From assembly GCA_049278975.1 (NCBI GenBank), contig JBAPNE010000059.1, positions 1 through 53,945 of the forward strand: 53,945 bases of DNA. The letters run 5' to 3'. The position numbers and the translations under genes are program-made. Below the pieces are notes generated by a model. The model was not told the DNA's origin. It saw only the letters and a list, made by a program, of their open reading frames with translations, and made no database searches. This DNA is from Candidatus Kryptoniota bacterium. Lineage in GTDB: Bacteria; Bacteroidota; Ignavibacteria; Kryptoniales; JAKASW01. Of this stretch, positions 1-10,137 are shown piece by piece. The first letter of the stretch is position 1. The number at the start of each line of letters is the position of its first letter.

Positions 1-2
1 CG

Positions 3-419
3 GTGGATGCAACATTGAATTATTCCTCGACAAACGGTTGGGGAGGCAGTCTTGTATTCAGATTTGGCAGCGGGACTCCTTACACTCCGTCATCTGGCGA
101 GGTCGCGACGGTCGGAGAACTAGCTTACAATTCAGAATTAATGCCGGCGACATATGACATCGACGCACGTGTGTACAAAGATTTCAAGTTCGGATTGCAA
201 ACCTTCACGGTCTTTGCAAGAATTGACAACATTCTGGATACGAAGAATGCAAACAACGTATATGATGATAGCGGTCAGCCGGACTGGTCGCTTCAGGAGG
301 AGCACCTTCTCTCAAGTGTTGTGTACGAAAGGGTTGCAACAATTCAGGATTATTACACTAATCCCAGTTTCTACGCTCCGCCGCGTCGAATTCAATTTGG
401 CGTAACCTACTCCTTCTAA
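3..419 (+). CDS. C-terminal fragment of an outer-membrane beta-barrel protein (TonB-dependent-receptor-like); the 5' end lies outside the window
   Basis: The ORF is open from the window edge. It shows an alternating beta-strand-like pattern and ends ...RRIQFGVTYSF, with the terminal Phe typical of outer-membrane proteins. Confidence 0.55.
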   Translation: MDATLNYSSTNGWGGSLVFRFGSGTPYTPSSGEVATVGELAYNSELMPATYDIDARVYKDFKFGLQTFTVFARIDNILDTKNANNVYDDSGQPDWSLQEEHLLSSVVYERVATIQDYYTNPSFYAPPRRIQFGVTYSF

Positions 420-435
420 AGATAAAGGTAGAAAA

Positions 436-3400
436 ATGCGAAAAATTTTATTTCTTTGTCTTCTTATTGTAACAGGCAGTTCGAACATCATTGCACAGGG
501 CACTGATGATTTAATTCCATATGCTAAAACACATAGAGGCAACGCACTCTATGTGCGCTTCGGCATTCATGATGGCAATCGTGTCGCAATCACCTTCCGA
601 AACAGTGGGCAGATTGGCGGTACTGACCCGCAGGACATACGCGGTGCGTGGCCATATCCGATGACTCAGGATAGTTATATAGGGGATGTTACTCCGTTAG
701 TAGCCGTGGAATTACCGGGGACCTATCCAATCGGAGTTAGTTCGCAGGGAAGTACTATTTATGGCACTGTCCATTCTGTTACAATCTCGCCCGGCCCACG
801 AAATGGACAATCGGCAAAGGTGGATCCAACAGACGGTCACTTCCAGGGCGCTGAGCCAGAGCCGGGGTATGTTAACTTTGCGCAAGATACGGTCGCCTTA
901 AGCAATATCCCATCATCCTGGCCATCGTTTTGGCCGGATCATCCTGACTGGAAGGATTCAACGGGAGCGGTCCAATGGAATGGATATTTCGGAAGAAACC
1001 AATTCAGTGCAGATCAAGAAAGTTACTGGGTGATGGATGATGCCCCTGACAATAGTGTGCAGCAGCGGACGAATAACCAGTTTCATCCGGACTCAACTGA
1101 CACTACAAGAAACGGTATAGGGATCGTGGTCGCATGCAGAGGAATGCAGTGGTCTCAGGTGCAAGCACAGGATGTTCTCTTCTGGTTGTATGACATAACG
1201 AATATCGGCACAACAACGTACAGGAAAACAGACTTTGGTGAAATTGTCGGTGGCTGTGTAGGCGATGTCGGTCAGGACTATGTTGATTGTTCGGACGATC
1301 TCGGCTTTTTCGACGTCAACAACAACTTGACCTACTCGTGGGATTCCGATGATAAGACGGCGGACCCATTGTGGATTTGTTTGAGCACCGTCCTGACGGG
1401 TGTCAGGAACTGCATAGGCTATTGCGGCTACGCCTACTTGGAGAGCCCGGGTAACCCATATGATGGAATTGATAACGATAACGATGCAGTTGATCCAACC
1501 AGCCCGCAGTTTCAACAGACTGATTTTACTTTCAGTTCTGTCTCGAATTCATATGTTTCGTCGCGGACACTTTCCCGCACGAACGCCGGCAGCAACCCTA
1601 GTTGGCCAAACAATGAGATAATTTTGATTGATCCGGCAACCTACGCGAGACAGATCGTGTTGCTTGATACTTTGCTCAAGAGTGATACGGACACTGAGAC
1701 AGTCTATTCCCTTGGCGTACCATACAAGATTTATAACGGCGAAGTCTTAATTGATACGGTAAATAATGGTCTTGATGATAACTTGAATGGATTGATAGAT
1801 GAGAATTACAGCATTCATTATGAAAGAGTTTTCAAGACGACTACGGGAGTAGTTTACAGGACAGATCTCCGACCTCTTTATTACAAGGACTATTTCACGG
1901 GTGGGGGTTTGAACAACACCATGATAGACGAAAGTCGAAACAGTGGTCCGGGAACTATTGTAACCGGTTGGGTGCCTGACTACACGCAGCCAAGAGATCC
2001 AGTGACAGGCAAATATCCGGGGGTTGTAAAAACACACTGGTCCGGTGACGAAAATGGTAATTGGAATCCGAAGACGGACGATGTCGGAGCTGATGGTGAA
2101 CCGAACACCCACGATCTCGGTGAGGGAGATGGCATCCCGACTGAAGGGGAACCTGATTTCGACGAGAAGGATGTGAATGAGTCTGACCAAATTGGTTTGA
2201 CGAGTTTCAACTTCTTTAATCAAACTGCCTCTCCTCCAATGAATAACAGCGAAACATTATGGAGCAGGATGGTACCTGGATATTTCGATGTTATTCCGGC
2301 TCTTCCGCAGGATGGCGATTTCATTTACTCATCGGGGTACTTCCCGTTATTGCCGTTGCAGACTGAACGGTTCTCATTGGCGCTGGTATTCGGTGCGGAC
2401 TCAAATCATATTTTTCAGAACAAGCAGATTGTGCAGCGAATTTACGACAAGAATTATGACTTTGTTCAGCCCCCTCCGAAGCCACATGTGACGGCGGTTG
2501 CGGGAGACAAGAAAGTTACTCTCACATGGGATAATGGTGCCGAGAAAGCGGCGTCATTTGAAGGGTATAAGATTTACCGATCTACCGATCCAGGTTTCAC
2601 AGAAGCAGGTGGTGCAGCGATTGCAACTTTTGACCGGATTGATGAAGTGACTGGTTATTTTCTTCCGCCAAGTCAGGATATTGCTGGTCTGCCAACATTT
2701 TACCTCGGCAGTGACAATGGATTGGTACATACTTATACAGACAGCGGCCTCGAGAACGGTCAGGCTTACTACTACGCGGTTACCGCTTATACAACCGGTG
2801 ATGAACAATCCGACACATATCCCGCCGAGGATCCAAAATATGTTACTGTGGCTTCAAACGGGCAAGTGCGTACGGATGTCAACACCATATTTATTACTCC
2901 TCAGGCGCCAACCTCCGGATACCTCGGGCCGAATGTTGCAAGCTTACTTTCCCCTGTGGGTTATAATGAGGGGACTGGGAAAGTGTATTTATCGGTTGTC
3001 AACCCCAACGAAGTTCCTAACAGGACATTCAGAGTTGGATTTGTGGATACGTCGAACGGCATCGTTCCTGTGACGACTGGTTACTACGTTATTGATTATA
3101 CTCAGGCTTCTTCGCCTGACACAATTACTTTTTCGAATAACGGCGGCGCGTCGAAAATACGTCTTAGCTCTTCCCAGGTAGTCGGTGATATAGACGAGTT
3201 CGTCTTTGATGGAATGTACATTACAGTGAATAACGACTGGAACTGCGTCGTGAATGCTTCGGCTTCAGGATGGAGTACGACACATTCACTACCCAATTTA
3301 CCTTATACATTTGCGCCGCTAAAAATTTCGGGAATCAAAGAGACCGGAATCGCTTACCCAGAAGATTATCTCTTTGTGTTTGATTCTGCACCAAACGACG

Positions 3401-4140
3401 CAGACACATCTACCGCGATAACGCTAACCCGCATTAACACACTCACAGGAGCGGTAATCGGGCAAGCAACTCTACCAAAACTCCAATCGAACTTTAGAGT
3501 TTATGACCGCCATACTGGACTGCCAATTCCATACGGTTTTCAGGAACCGAATTGTGCCAATTTCGGCCAGGATTGTGGCGTATTGGCGCCGCTTGATCGT
3601 GTCTTTTTCTTTGTGAACGGGAAGACTTCGTCGGGACAGGATTCAACTTACTTTACATGGTTTCTTTCTGTCAATGGTCAGGATAGCACCAATCATCTTC
3701 CGAGTGGAGGCGATACATTGAGATTGGTAACCGCAAAACCGTTTGTCAGCACGGACCAACTTGAGGTAACAACCACGGCTGCTATCGTCAATGACAAACT
3801 TGCTTCGAACCAGTTAGACTTGATAAGAGTCGTTCCAAATCCTTATGTCGCGGCTACCAGTCAGGAACCTCCACTACCACCGACTATCACGAGTGGAAGA
3901 GGAACGCGCAAGATCTCGTTCATTCATCTGCCACCGAATTCAACTATTTACATATACACCTCACGCGGTGAGCTTGTGAAGAAACTTCAGATGCCGCCGG
4001 GGCAGAGTATAAGTGACGGTGACGTCGATTGGGATCTCACGACAAATGATAATCTCGAAGTTGCGTACGGTGTGTATTTCTTTTTGGTCGATGCACCCGG
4101 TGTTGGGCAGAAGACCGGTAAACTTGCGATTATAAAGTAG
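436..4140 (+). CDS. Large secreted protein (1234 aa) with Asp-rich Ca-binding-like runs, an FN3-like module and a T9SS-like C-terminal tail; function unknown
   Basis: Signal peptide MRKILFLCLLIVTGSSNIIAQG. Asp-rich runs include DGIDNDNDAVD, GLDDNLNGLIDEN and DDVGADGEPNTHDLGEGDGIPTEGEPDFDEKD. There is an FN3-like KVTLTWDNGAE...YKIYRS segment. The C-terminus VVPNPYV...GVYFFLVDA...KLAIIK resembles a sorting-domain beta-sandwich. Confidence 0.8.
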   Translation: MRKILFLCLLIVTGSSNIIAQGTDDLIPYAKTHRGNALYVRFGIHDGNRVAITFRNSGQIGGTDPQDIRGAWPYPMTQDSYIGDVTPLVAVELPGTYPIGVSSQGSTIYGTVHSVTISPGPRNGQSAKVDPTDGHFQGAEPEPGYVNFAQDTVALSNIPSSWPSFWPDHPDWKDSTGAVQWNGYFGRNQFSADQESYWVMDDAPDNSVQQRTNNQFHPDSTDTTRNGIGIVVACRGMQWSQVQAQDVLFWLYDITNIGTTTYRKTDFGEIVGGCVGDVGQDYVDCSDDLGFFDVNNNLTYSWDSDDKTADPLWICLSTVLTGVRNCIGYCGYAYLESPGNPYDGIDNDNDAVDPTSPQFQQTDFTFSSVSNSYVSSRTLSRTNAGSNPSWPNNEIILIDPATYARQIVLLDTLLKSDTDTETVYSLGVPYKIYNGEVLIDTVNNGLDDNLNGLIDENYSIHYERVFKTTTGVVYRTDLRPLYYKDYFTGGGLNNTMIDESRNSGPGTIVTGWVPDYTQPRDPVTGKYPGVVKTHWSGDENGNWNPKTDDVGADGEPNTHDLGEGDGIPTEGEPDFDEKDVNESDQIGLTSFNFFNQTASPPMNNSETLWSRMVPGYFDVIPALPQDGDFIYSSGYFPLLPLQTERFSLALVFGADSNHIFQNKQIVQRIYDKNYDFVQPPPKPHVTAVAGDKKVTLTWDNGAEKAASFEGYKIYRSTDPGFTEAGGAAIATFDRIDEVTGYFLPPSQDIAGLPTFYLGSDNGLVHTYTDSGLENGQAYYYAVTAYTTGDEQSDTYPAEDPKYVTVASNGQVRTDVNTIFITPQAPTSGYLGPNVASLLSPVGYNEGTGKVYLSVVNPNEVPNRTFRVGFVDTSNGIVPVTTGYYVIDYTQASSPDTITFSNNGGASKIRLSSSQVVGDIDEFVFDGMYITVNNDWNCVVNASASGWSTTHSLPNLPYTFAPLKISGIKETGIAYPEDYLFVFDSAPNDADTSTAITLTRINTLTGAVIGQATLPKLQSNFRVYDRHTGLPIPYGFQEPNCANFGQDCGVLAPLDRVFFFVNGKTSSGQDSTYFTWFLSVNGQDSTNHLPSGGDTLRLVTAKPFVSTDQLEVTTTAAIVNDKLASNQLDLIRVVPNPYVAATSQEPPLPPTITSGRGTRKISFIHLPPNSTIYIYTSRGELVKKLQMPPGQSISDGDVDWDLTTNDNLEVAYGVYFFLVDAPGVGQKTGKLAIIK

Positions 4141-5160
4141 ATGAGGCCTACGATGAGAAAAGGAATTCTGTCAGTTGCAATATTACTTACATTTTCAGGA
4201 CTCTTTGCCCAGAATAAAGTTGGTACGACCGCCGCACCGTTCCTGGGAATTGGGGCTGGTCCTAGAGCAATATCCATGGGCGGCGCATTTGTGGCCGTTG
4301 CCAGTGATCCTTCCGCGCTTTATTGGAATCCCGCAGGGATTTCGAGAGATGGGTTGACACAGGCATTTATGGAGCACACAAATTACCTTGTCGGTACGAG
4401 CTATAACTTCTTTGCTGCTGTTGTTGCTATCGATGAGGACGATGCGTTAGGGCTTAGTGTGACTAATCTTGCATACGGCAGCTCAGAGGTGACTACGGTT
4501 GCTGAACCGGATGGAACAGGAGAGACGTGGAATGCTAACGACTGGGCGATAGGAATATCGTATTCAAGGAATCTCACCGATCGCTTCTCCATTGCCGGCA
4601 CTGCAAAAATGATCATCCAGCAGATCTGGAGGGAGTCCGCGACAGGATTTGCGCTTGATGCGGGGCTACTGTATATAACGCCCCTCAATAATCTCAAGAT
4701 CGGGATGGAGATCGCAAACTTCGGCACCGAAATGCAGATGTCGGGTGAAGATCTCTTGATAACTGTCAGCCCGGATGCGTCAGTGGCAGGAGCAAACTCT
4801 AAGATTCCGGCTGAGTACACTACAGATTCGTATCCCATCCCATTGATTTTCAGGGTAGGTCTGGCTATGGATGTCATCAACTCTACAGACAATCGTCTGA
4901 CACTTGCCGCAGATGCAATTCACCCGAGTGATAATGTCCAATCTTTGAATGTTGGTGCCGAGTATTGCTGGGGGAATCTGGTATCGGCACGTGTCGGATA
5001 TAAGTCACTTTTTGTGCCTAACAGTGAAGAAGGGATTACTTTCGGGTTTGGTCTGAATTACGATGTTACAAATCATTTCAATGTGAAACTCGATTACGGT
5101 TTTGAAGACTACGGACTACTGAAAAATATTCAGGAGTTCGCATTGACTGCAGGGTTTTAG
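4141..5160 (+). CDS. PorV/PorQ-family (UPF0164-like) outer-membrane protein
   Basis: Signal peptide MRKGILSVAILLTFSGLFAQ (an alternative start at 4153 is possible). It carries the family-typical AAPFLGIGAGPRAISMGGAFVAVASDPSALYWNPAGI motif and ends in Phe. Its ATG directly abuts the upstream stop codon (gtagatg). Confidence 0.7.
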   Translation: MRPTMRKGILSVAILLTFSGLFAQNKVGTTAAPFLGIGAGPRAISMGGAFVAVASDPSALYWNPAGISRDGLTQAFMEHTNYLVGTSYNFFAAVVAIDEDDALGLSVTNLAYGSSEVTTVAEPDGTGETWNANDWAIGISYSRNLTDRFSIAGTAKMIIQQIWRESATGFALDAGLLYITPLNNLKIGMEIANFGTEMQMSGEDLLITVSPDASVAGANSKIPAEYTTDSYPIPLIFRVGLAMDVINSTDNRLTLAADAIHPSDNVQSLNVGAEYCWGNLVSARVGYKSLFVPNSEEGITFGFGLNYDVTNHFNVKLDYGFEDYGLLKNIQEFALTAGF

Positions 5161-5344
5161 AGAGGGATGGTTAAATGTTCCAATTGGGAATGATTAGTCA
5201 TGCTTTAATAAGGAGGTGGAACATCGGAACAACTAAGAAATGTACGCTACAAAAATCGGCTTCATGGATATGGTTCATGGATTCCGAAATATACGAATTA
5301 CATCATCAACTATTCAGTACACTAACAAAAAGAGGAGTAATAAC

Positions 5345-6904
5345 ATGTTAAAGCGGTTATTGGCTTTAGCGATTATGGCATTCGCGGTGACGTTGGCGGT
5401 CGGCGGTCCGGCGCAAGCAACCGAGAATGTCACGTTTCAAGTCCACATGGGGGCGTTAATGCAAACCGGCGCCTTCAATCCTGCTGTCGACAGCGTTCTC
5501 ATACGTGGCACTTTCCAGACTTTGGCGGGAGATTCGATAACCTGGGGTGGGAATAAGTTTGTCATGGCACCGTCCAATTCTAACGATTCCATCTACACAC
5601 TTACCGTGGCTTTTCCCGATTCAGCTGTAGGTGACACGATTCAGTATAAATATGTAATACACACCACCACTGACACGTGGGAAAGTATAGACAACCGTAC
5701 CTACACTATAACGAGCGCAGCAACTCAGCAGATTCCACTCGCTTATTTCGATAACGAGATGCCGGGCGTTGTGGCAACGGTTAATATCACATTTATTGCG
5801 AACGCCAGTGGCCTGCTCGCTGAAGGGTTCAATCCATCGATCGACTCCATTTATCTTGTCGGCGATGATCCGCCACTGCCAGCGGAATGGGGATGGGCGG
5901 CAGGAGAAACCATGGTCGCAAGCTTTGACAATCCCAGTCTATATGAGACAACTATACACGGAACCGGGGTTGTCGGGACGACTATCAACTTTAAGCTCTT
6001 CGGACAAGGCACTGATCCTTTCAGCAACGGCGGATACGAGAGCGGCAGCAACCACACATACCCGTTTCCTTCGGCTGATACGACGATCACTTGGACTCCC
6101 GATCTTCATGTAACCAAACCAAGTACCGTACCCGATACGGTTGTATTTCACGTCGATATGAACAACGCGTATGATGGTATCCATTATAAGCCCATCAGTC
6201 ACGTAAAAGGCGTTTGGATAACAGGTAGTGTAAGACCACTGAATTGGCCGCCGTCCGGCTGGCCTCTTGCTGACACCTTAAACGCTGATACGTCTGGTAC
6301 TATTGACACCACTGGCCAGCTTCACAGGATGCACGATGACGGTACACACGGCGACAGCCTTGCTGGAGACAACAGATGGACGATTACGTTAGTCTATAGT
6401 CCCGGTGTATCCTCATATGTTGAGTACAAATATGGAGCAATCTTTGACGGATACGACACCCTCACCGTCGATGGAGTTGTAAGTGGGGGAAGCCTCATTG
6501 ATAACGAGTCGGCGACAGGTGTAAACCACAGCTTTACATTGACCGGATCTAAACAATCCATCTATAACCATTTTGGGGACGAGGATCCAAACAATCCCGG
6601 AACCCCAACTGGCGTTCGCAAGAATCCCAATGGGGTGCCGTCGAAATATGACTTGACGCAGAACTATCCTAACCCGTTCAACCCTACCACACAAATCAAC
6701 TATTCATTAAAGGAAAATGGCTTTGCGACATTGAAGATATACAACGTCCTAGGCCAAGAAGTTGCGACTGTGTTCCAGGGTAATCAAAGGGCAGGGAGCT
6801 ATACGGCAACATTTGATGGTTCTCGGTTTGCCAGCGGCGTTTACTTCTATCGCTTACAGGCGGGAAATTTCTCCAGCGTCAAAAAGATGATAATGTTAAA
6901 GTAA
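5345..6904 (+). CDS. Secreted carbohydrate-binding-module-like protein with a T9SS C-terminal sorting domain
   Basis: I chose the internal ATG at 5345, which has a gaggag RBS upstream and gives the signal peptide MLKRLLALAIMAFAVTLAVGGPAQA; the ORF track starts at 5240. Repeated beta-sandwich segments of the type NVTFQVHM...VLIRGTF...YKYVI resemble starch/glycogen-binding CBMs. The tail is LTQNYPNPFNPTTQINYSL...GVYFYRLQAG...KKMIMLK. Confidence 0.7.
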   Translation: MLKRLLALAIMAFAVTLAVGGPAQATENVTFQVHMGALMQTGAFNPAVDSVLIRGTFQTLAGDSITWGGNKFVMAPSNSNDSIYTLTVAFPDSAVGDTIQYKYVIHTTTDTWESIDNRTYTITSAATQQIPLAYFDNEMPGVVATVNITFIANASGLLAEGFNPSIDSIYLVGDDPPLPAEWGWAAGETMVASFDNPSLYETTIHGTGVVGTTINFKLFGQGTDPFSNGGYESGSNHTYPFPSADTTITWTPDLHVTKPSTVPDTVVFHVDMNNAYDGIHYKPISHVKGVWITGSVRPLNWPPSGWPLADTLNADTSGTIDTTGQLHRMHDDGTHGDSLAGDNRWTITLVYSPGVSSYVEYKYGAIFDGYDTLTVDGVVSGGSLIDNESATGVNHSFTLTGSKQSIYNHFGDEDPNNPGTPTGVRKNPNGVPSKYDLTQNYPNPFNPTTQINYSLKENGFATLKIYNVLGQEVATVFQGNQRAGSYTATFDGSRFASGVYFYRLQAGNFSSVKKMIMLK

Positions 6905-6927
6905 TTCTTCTCCTTACGTTGATGTCA

Positions 6928-6959
6928 GCTGCGACTCGCACTTCGGAGTGAGTCGCAGC
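6928..6959 (+). terminator. Intergenic stem-loop (10-bp perfect stem), a possible terminator without a U-tract
   Basis: gctgcgactc (6928-6937) pairs with gagtcgcagc (6950-6959) just after the 6904 stop. No T-run follows. Confidence 0.35.
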
Positions 6960-7015
6960 ATGGCTATAGGCTTGTCAGGGCAGTTATGGTGGGGTGCAAT
7001 GAAAATTATTTAGGA

Positions 7016-10000
7016 ATGAAGATGCGCGGGATTATTTTATCAACGTTGGTAATTCTTTTTTTTGCAGGCTCAATACACGCTCAAGACAGTGTGGATGTAA
7101 CTTTTTATTATAAGCCCACCGACAAACCTGCCGTCGTTTACCTGCCCGGCGAATTCAATAATTGGGCGAACAATTCAAACGGAGTTATTCCTTCCGGCTC
7201 GCCGACTGCGATGACTAAAGATTCCTCAACGGGCATTTGGTCGAAAACGTACAGACTACAGGTTGGCGGGTCTCCACTAGCAAATAGCAGCGCGAACGGT
7301 GAAGTTGCGGGTGCTTATCAATACAAGTTTAATGAAAACGGGACTTCTACCGGCTGGTCTCCTGATCCTCTTAACCCTTATCAGAATTCTGCGAACAATA
7401 ATAATTCGATACTGTATGTGAATAGTCCGACCATCTTTCACTTCCTTCCGAATTCAGTATCCGGGATTGTCAACTCGCAACAGCCAGTGTTCTCTGCTTA
7501 TATCTTTCCATCGCTCGCGAGCGGTGTCGACACGTCAACTTTTGTAGTTCAGATCGACACCGCCTCTTATAAAATTCCCGGGACCGCATTTAATTCTTCT
7601 ACAAACCTTTTGAGTTTTCTTTGCCCCGTTTCTTTGCAAAATGGCACACACAAGTTGAAACTCGTGATGGATAATCTTTCGAGCAATCCGGTATCTGACT
7701 CAACTTCAATTATTGTGCAAAGTGGGGCAATTCGAATTCTGAACCAAGGTGGACAAGTTACAATTTATCCAAGCATTATTCTCGTCGGCGTTCTCGAAGA
7801 CACATCGATTCATAGCGTGAGGATCGTTCAGAATGGAACGGATACGTCAACGGAGGTTCCCGCAAACAACGGAAACTTTTCTTTTGACGCAAAGTATGTT
7901 GATGGACTGAACACTTTTGTCGCGATTGCAAAGGACAGCACAGGAGCAACAATTGTCTCAAGTCCATTCACCATGACATATTTTGTGAATCATTCTCCAA
8001 ATGCCGTCATTAGTTTTTCCAATGACGGTGGCTCGATAACAATCTCTGCACAAAACAGCACCGATCCGGATTCCGGACAGACAGCGGAGCTGACTTATTT
8101 GTGGGGTGTCGATGCAACGAATCCTTCCGTGGTGAGCGGAGTCCAAGGTTCGACATCGTCATCGATGGCTGTCTCGCGGCCGTCAAAGCCGGGTGAGTAT
8201 TATTTCTCGCTTATCGCCTTTGACCCGAATGGTAATAGAGACACAACGCGCTCTTATTTCACCATCGACAACTACGACTCCGTGACATTTCCAACTTACG
8301 CATCAAATCCGGAGTGGGCGAAGGTGGGACGAATCTATGAGCTCTTCTTCAATTCATTTACTCCGCAGAAGACAATTAATGCGGCGACTCAAAAGTTAGC
8401 TTATCTGCAGGAGATGGGTTTCAATATTATCTGGGTTATGCCGGTGATGAAGAACAATCAACCTATGGATAACGGCTCGAACACTGGATACAACATCGTG
8501 GATTTCTACACAGTCGCTCCCGAATATGGCACGAATGCGGATTTCAAAAATTTCGTCGATGCGGCTCACCAGCTCGGCATGAAAGTAATTCTTGATGTCA
8601 CTCCTAATCATACAAGTTTCAACCATCCGTTTGTCCTCGATGCGCGATTATTTAAATCTTATTCGTTTTACTGGAATTTTTACCAGCATCAGCTAATCAT
8701 AAACCCCAATTACCATCCGAATATTTCAGAGTCGATTACGAGCGATGGGTTCGTTTACTACAGCGGCTATAGCGACGAACTTTTGAATTATAGCTGGAGT
8801 GACGTTGATGCGCATGCTTACATGGATGGGGTTTATAAATGGTGGGTCCAGCAGATGGGTCTTGACGGATACAGATTCGATTCGTACTGGGGGCCGCACG
8901 ACCGCGCGGATAATGGAAATGGCGGCGAGAATGAGATGGGAACTCCAACGAGGATTTTGCTCAAGCATATCAAGCCCGATGTTTTCCTTCTTGGGGAAAC
9001 TGCAGGTACCGGCGTCGGAACGGAAGTTAATTATGCCGATGATGGAGGTGGGGTCGATGCCGCTTATGATTGGAACCTGCTTCACAATGCGATCCAATCT
9101 TTTAATTTTGGAAGTTCTTCGAGCGTCTCGACTTTGAATACCTACGTCACGAACTATGGTGGTACGCAAATGGGATTTGTCCCGGGTCCCAACACGTTAT
9201 TCATGCGCTGCATGGAAAATCAAGATGAAGATCGAATCGCCTATACCTACGGTTCTTATGTGAAGACAATGCCAATGGGAACGGTGATCTTTACTGTGCC
9301 GGGAATCCCGATGCTCTATTCAGGGCAGGAGGTCGGCTACGGGTTGGGTATTTCGGGCTCTGACCAAGCCGACCTTGATTTACGCCGCCGAGGTGTAATT
9401 GATTGGAACAGTGCTGGTAAATCCCTTTTGACTCCGCATTATCAAAGGCTCGCCTGGATACGCGCAACTTATCCTGTGTTTTCAACTCAATTGTTCGATG
9501 AGTTGACGACAGGAAACTCTTTCGTATACGGTTACACACGCCCATATGCCGATCAAAATGGCATTGCGCTCGAGAACTTTAGCGGCTCAGCTGCAACTGT
9601 GAACATTACCCTCGTCGGTACGGGCAGCGACGCGAATGTCATTTTTCCGGGCGGAGAGATGGACGGCAAGACTTACTATTTGAACGATGTTTATAATGAT
9701 TCATCTTCTGAAGTAACATTCTCAGGGGGGTCGTTAAATTTTAGTGCGACTCTTCCGGCATACGGCTCGGCGGTTTATGTCCTTAGCGACTCGCTAATAA
9801 AATTGTCGGTGCCTGTGTTAACATCGGTAAAAACAGGTGACGATAAAATCCCCACTAACTACATGCTGGAACAGAACTATCCGAATCCATTTAACCCGAC
9901 CACGACGATCGGCTATCAGCTGTCAGCGGCCGGCAAGGTGACATTGAAGGTTTACGATGTGCTTGGAAGAGAAGTCGAAACACTGGTGAGCCAAAGACAG

Positions 10001-10117
10001 AATGCAGGAAGCTATTTGGTCGGATTTGATGGTTCGCGTCTTTCGAGCGGCGTTTATTTCTATCGTCTCACCGCCGGAGGATTTACTGATGTGAAAAAGC
10101 TCATGCTTGTGAAATAA
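7016..10117 (+). CDS. GH13-family alpha-amylase-like enzyme with N-terminal CBM/Ig/PKD-like modules and a T9SS C-terminal sorting domain
   Basis: Signal peptide MKMRGIILSTLVILFFAGSIHAQ. GH13 region I is DVTPNHTS, region II GLDGYRFDSYWG and region III FLLGETAG. Region IV reads MENQDEDR, with Gln where His is usual. A PKD-like VNHSPNAVISFSNDGG...DPDSG segment is present. The tail is LEQNYPNPFNPTTTIGYQL...GVYFYRLTAG...KKLMLVK. Confidence 0.85.
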   Translation: MKMRGIILSTLVILFFAGSIHAQDSVDVTFYYKPTDKPAVVYLPGEFNNWANNSNGVIPSGSPTAMTKDSSTGIWSKTYRLQVGGSPLANSSANGEVAGAYQYKFNENGTSTGWSPDPLNPYQNSANNNNSILYVNSPTIFHFLPNSVSGIVNSQQPVFSAYIFPSLASGVDTSTFVVQIDTASYKIPGTAFNSSTNLLSFLCPVSLQNGTHKLKLVMDNLSSNPVSDSTSIIVQSGAIRILNQGGQVTIYPSIILVGVLEDTSIHSVRIVQNGTDTSTEVPANNGNFSFDAKYVDGLNTFVAIAKDSTGATIVSSPFTMTYFVNHSPNAVISFSNDGGSITISAQNSTDPDSGQTAELTYLWGVDATNPSVVSGVQGSTSSSMAVSRPSKPGEYYFSLIAFDPNGNRDTTRSYFTIDNYDSVTFPTYASNPEWAKVGRIYELFFNSFTPQKTINAATQKLAYLQEMGFNIIWVMPVMKNNQPMDNGSNTGYNIVDFYTVAPEYGTNADFKNFVDAAHQLGMKVILDVTPNHTSFNHPFVLDARLFKSYSFYWNFYQHQLIINPNYHPNISESITSDGFVYYSGYSDELLNYSWSDVDAHAYMDGVYKWWVQQMGLDGYRFDSYWGPHDRADNGNGGENEMGTPTRILLKHIKPDVFLLGETAGTGVGTEVNYADDGGGVDAAYDWNLLHNAIQSFNFGSSSSVSTLNTYVTNYGGTQMGFVPGPNTLFMRCMENQDEDRIAYTYGSYVKTMPMGTVIFTVPGIPMLYSGQEVGYGLGISGSDQADLDLRRRGVIDWNSAGKSLLTPHYQRLAWIRATYPVFSTQLFDELTTGNSFVYGYTRPYADQNGIALENFSGSAATVNITLVGTGSDANVIFPGGEMDGKTYYLNDVYNDSSSEVTFSGGSLNFSATLPAYGSAVYVLSDSLIKLSVPVLTSVKTGDDKIPTNYMLEQNYPNPFNPTTTIGYQLSAAGKVTLKVYDVLGREVETLVSQRQNAGSYLVGFDGSRLSSGVYFYRLTAGGFTDVKKLMLVK

Positions 10118-10137
10118 AATTTGAGTTCCTTTTTTAT

